Shown here: in pieces, positions 44,882-45,527 of the stretch
Layout: each line of letters opens with the position of its first letter
How positions within the stretch are numbered: position 1 is the stretch's first letter
Assembly: GCA_017501105.1 (NCBI GenBank)
Contig: JAFVXO010000106.1
Location: 1-45,527 of the forward strand
DNA from: Clostridia bacterium
GTDB lineage: Bacteria; Bacillota; Clostridia; RGIG7378
Length of the DNA stretch: 45,527 nt
Reading direction: 5' to 3'
Made by a program: the position numbers and the translations under genes
Notes under the pieces: generated by a model
Told to the model about the DNA's origin: nothing
The model's input: only the letters and a program-made list of their open reading frames with translations
Databases searched by the model: none

Positions 44882-44910
44882 ATTATACTACATTCTTAGT
44901 AAAGTGAAAA
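44882..44910 (-). promoter_or_regulatory. Candidate sigma-A promoter for valS
   Basis: The minus strand reads TTTTCA(44910-44905)-N17-TATAAT(44887-44882). The predicted leader is only about 55 nt. Confidence 0.4.
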
Positions 44911-44941
44911 GTGAAGAGTTAACTCTTAACTCTTCACTTTT
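44907..44941. terminator. Perfect 16-bp hairpin; terminator for the upstream deacetylase gene
   Basis: AAAAGTGAAGAGTTAA-ctc-TTAACTCTTCACTTTT. U-rich sequence follows on both strands. Confidence 0.7.
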
Positions 44942-44984
44942 TACTCTTATCTCTTCACTTTTTACTTTTTACTTTTTACCTTTT
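44930..44984. repeat. Direct repeats within a G-free tract
   Basis: The 16-nt CTCTTCACTTTTTACT occurs at 44930-44945 and 44951-44966, offset by 21 nt. The heptamer ACTTTTT occurs four times in tandem (44957-44984; the last copy is ACCTTTT). The plus strand has no G from 44919 to 45004. Confidence 0.85.
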
Positions 44985-44997
44985 ACTTCTCACTTCA

Positions 44998-45527
44998 CTA
45001 ATACGTTCTAAGCTTCTGTCCGCTTGGCAAGTCGTTGGTGACATACTTAGCCCATGTTTCGGGACATGTGACGGTGTTTGCATCGCCATCACTTACGAAC
45101 CAATAGTGCTCAGGCTGATTCTCGAGCCACCACTCAAAGTCCATGCGTTCAGCATAGTATCCGGTAGAACGAATACGGGGTACAAATACCTTGAAGTTCA
45201 CGCTGGTTGTAGCGTGGGATGGCTCTGCTCCTACCAGGAATATAGCCTTGTTCTCGTAGGTGATTCCCTCATATGTGCCGGAAATCAGCGCAGAAACATT
45301 GGCATCGTCGTATTCGCCGTAGGGCAATGCCAGTGAATTAAACTTGTACCCAGGCACATAAGACTCCATAACCTGCTGGTTCTTGCCTAGCTGATAGGAA
45401 ATATCTGATGCCGACAGACCTCTGAGGGACCTATGACCATATGTGTGGTTGCCTATTTCCCATCCCAAATCGATCAGATAGTTGAGCCTCTGGCCAATGG
45501 TGCCTGCTCCCTCAAATACTCCTGAAG
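44998..45527 (-). CDS. Polysaccharide deacetylase (NodB-homology) family protein; N-terminus off the right edge
   Basis: LGWEIGNHTYGHRSL is the NodB His motif. The frame stays open upstream of the track's TTG at 45468 to the window edge (..SGVFEGAGTIGQRLNYLIDLGWEIGNH). Confidence 0.8.
   Translation of the reverse strand, partial: SGVFEGAGTIGQRLNYLIDLGWEIGNHTYGHRSLRGLSASDISYQLGKNQQVMESYVPGYKFNSLALPYGEYDDANVSALISGTYEGITYENKAIFLVGAEPSHATTSVNFKVFVPRIRSTGYYAERMDFEWWLENQPEHYWFVSDGDANTVTCPETWAKYVTNDLPSGQKLRTY

Noticed and set aside
44957-44984. The tandem heptamers and 16-mer duplication as a CRISPR-like or minisatellite array.
   Set aside because: The units are 7-21 nt with no unique spacers, there is no leader, and no cas genes are present. 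I report it only as a low-complexity repeat.

Overview
This window looks like a mostly housekeeping chromosomal segment of a spore-forming Firmicute, probably Clostridia. The evidence is spoIVA with a near-consensus SigE promoter, a gerA-type germinant receptor operon, SLH-like repeats, and AGGAGG-type ribosome-binding sites. Most genes are on the minus strand.

Gene order, left to right:
- Truncated aminotransferase, tsaD, a membrane protein, and an RsmB/RsmF-type m5C methyltransferase.
- A YtxH / DUF948 / LysM-anchored protein operon.
- A TSCPD protein facing glgA, which is followed by a GH18-like SLH protein.
- Histidine phosphatase and pepD.
- A GntR / ABC-ATPase / large-permease operon with a perfect palindromic operator.
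- A monocistronic NYN-domain gene.
- A DctM-like permease plus a small membrane protein, facing a LysR regulator.
- A deacetylase / flippase / polymerase-like trio.
- birA, then mgtE with a long leader.
- An operon of PD40-like gene / DUF45 / cobB / DUF362.
- A small Cys-rich ORF, spoIVA, and a DUF624-like membrane protein.
- A tRNA-Leu, then DUF554, mnmM(ytqB), a PRTase and an MBL hydrolase.
- gerA-like A-C-B genes, dapB, dapA, valS, and a truncated polysaccharide deacetylase.

I see no CRISPR array, transposase or integrase, rRNA, or recognisable defence or toxin module. I cannot honestly point to a clear novel multi-gene system.

The best leads are single-locus oddities:
1. A PD40-like gene whose frame stays open through two in-frame stops, up to 3 nt before an SD-less downstream gene.
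2. A type II tRNA-Leu whose best fold gives an A34 anticodon (AAG).
3. A 97-aa internally duplicated Cys-rich ORF whose SD is buried in a perfect 13-bp hairpin.
4. An unresolved roughly 210-nt mgtE leader with an SD-sequestering hairpin and a strong-SD 34-codon uORF.
5. A nested-helix spacer inside the polysaccharide cluster.
6. An 86-nt G-free repeat tract next to a 16-bp perfect hairpin upstream of a valS that lacks room for a T-box.

All functional calls come from motif recognition by eye. No database search was run.
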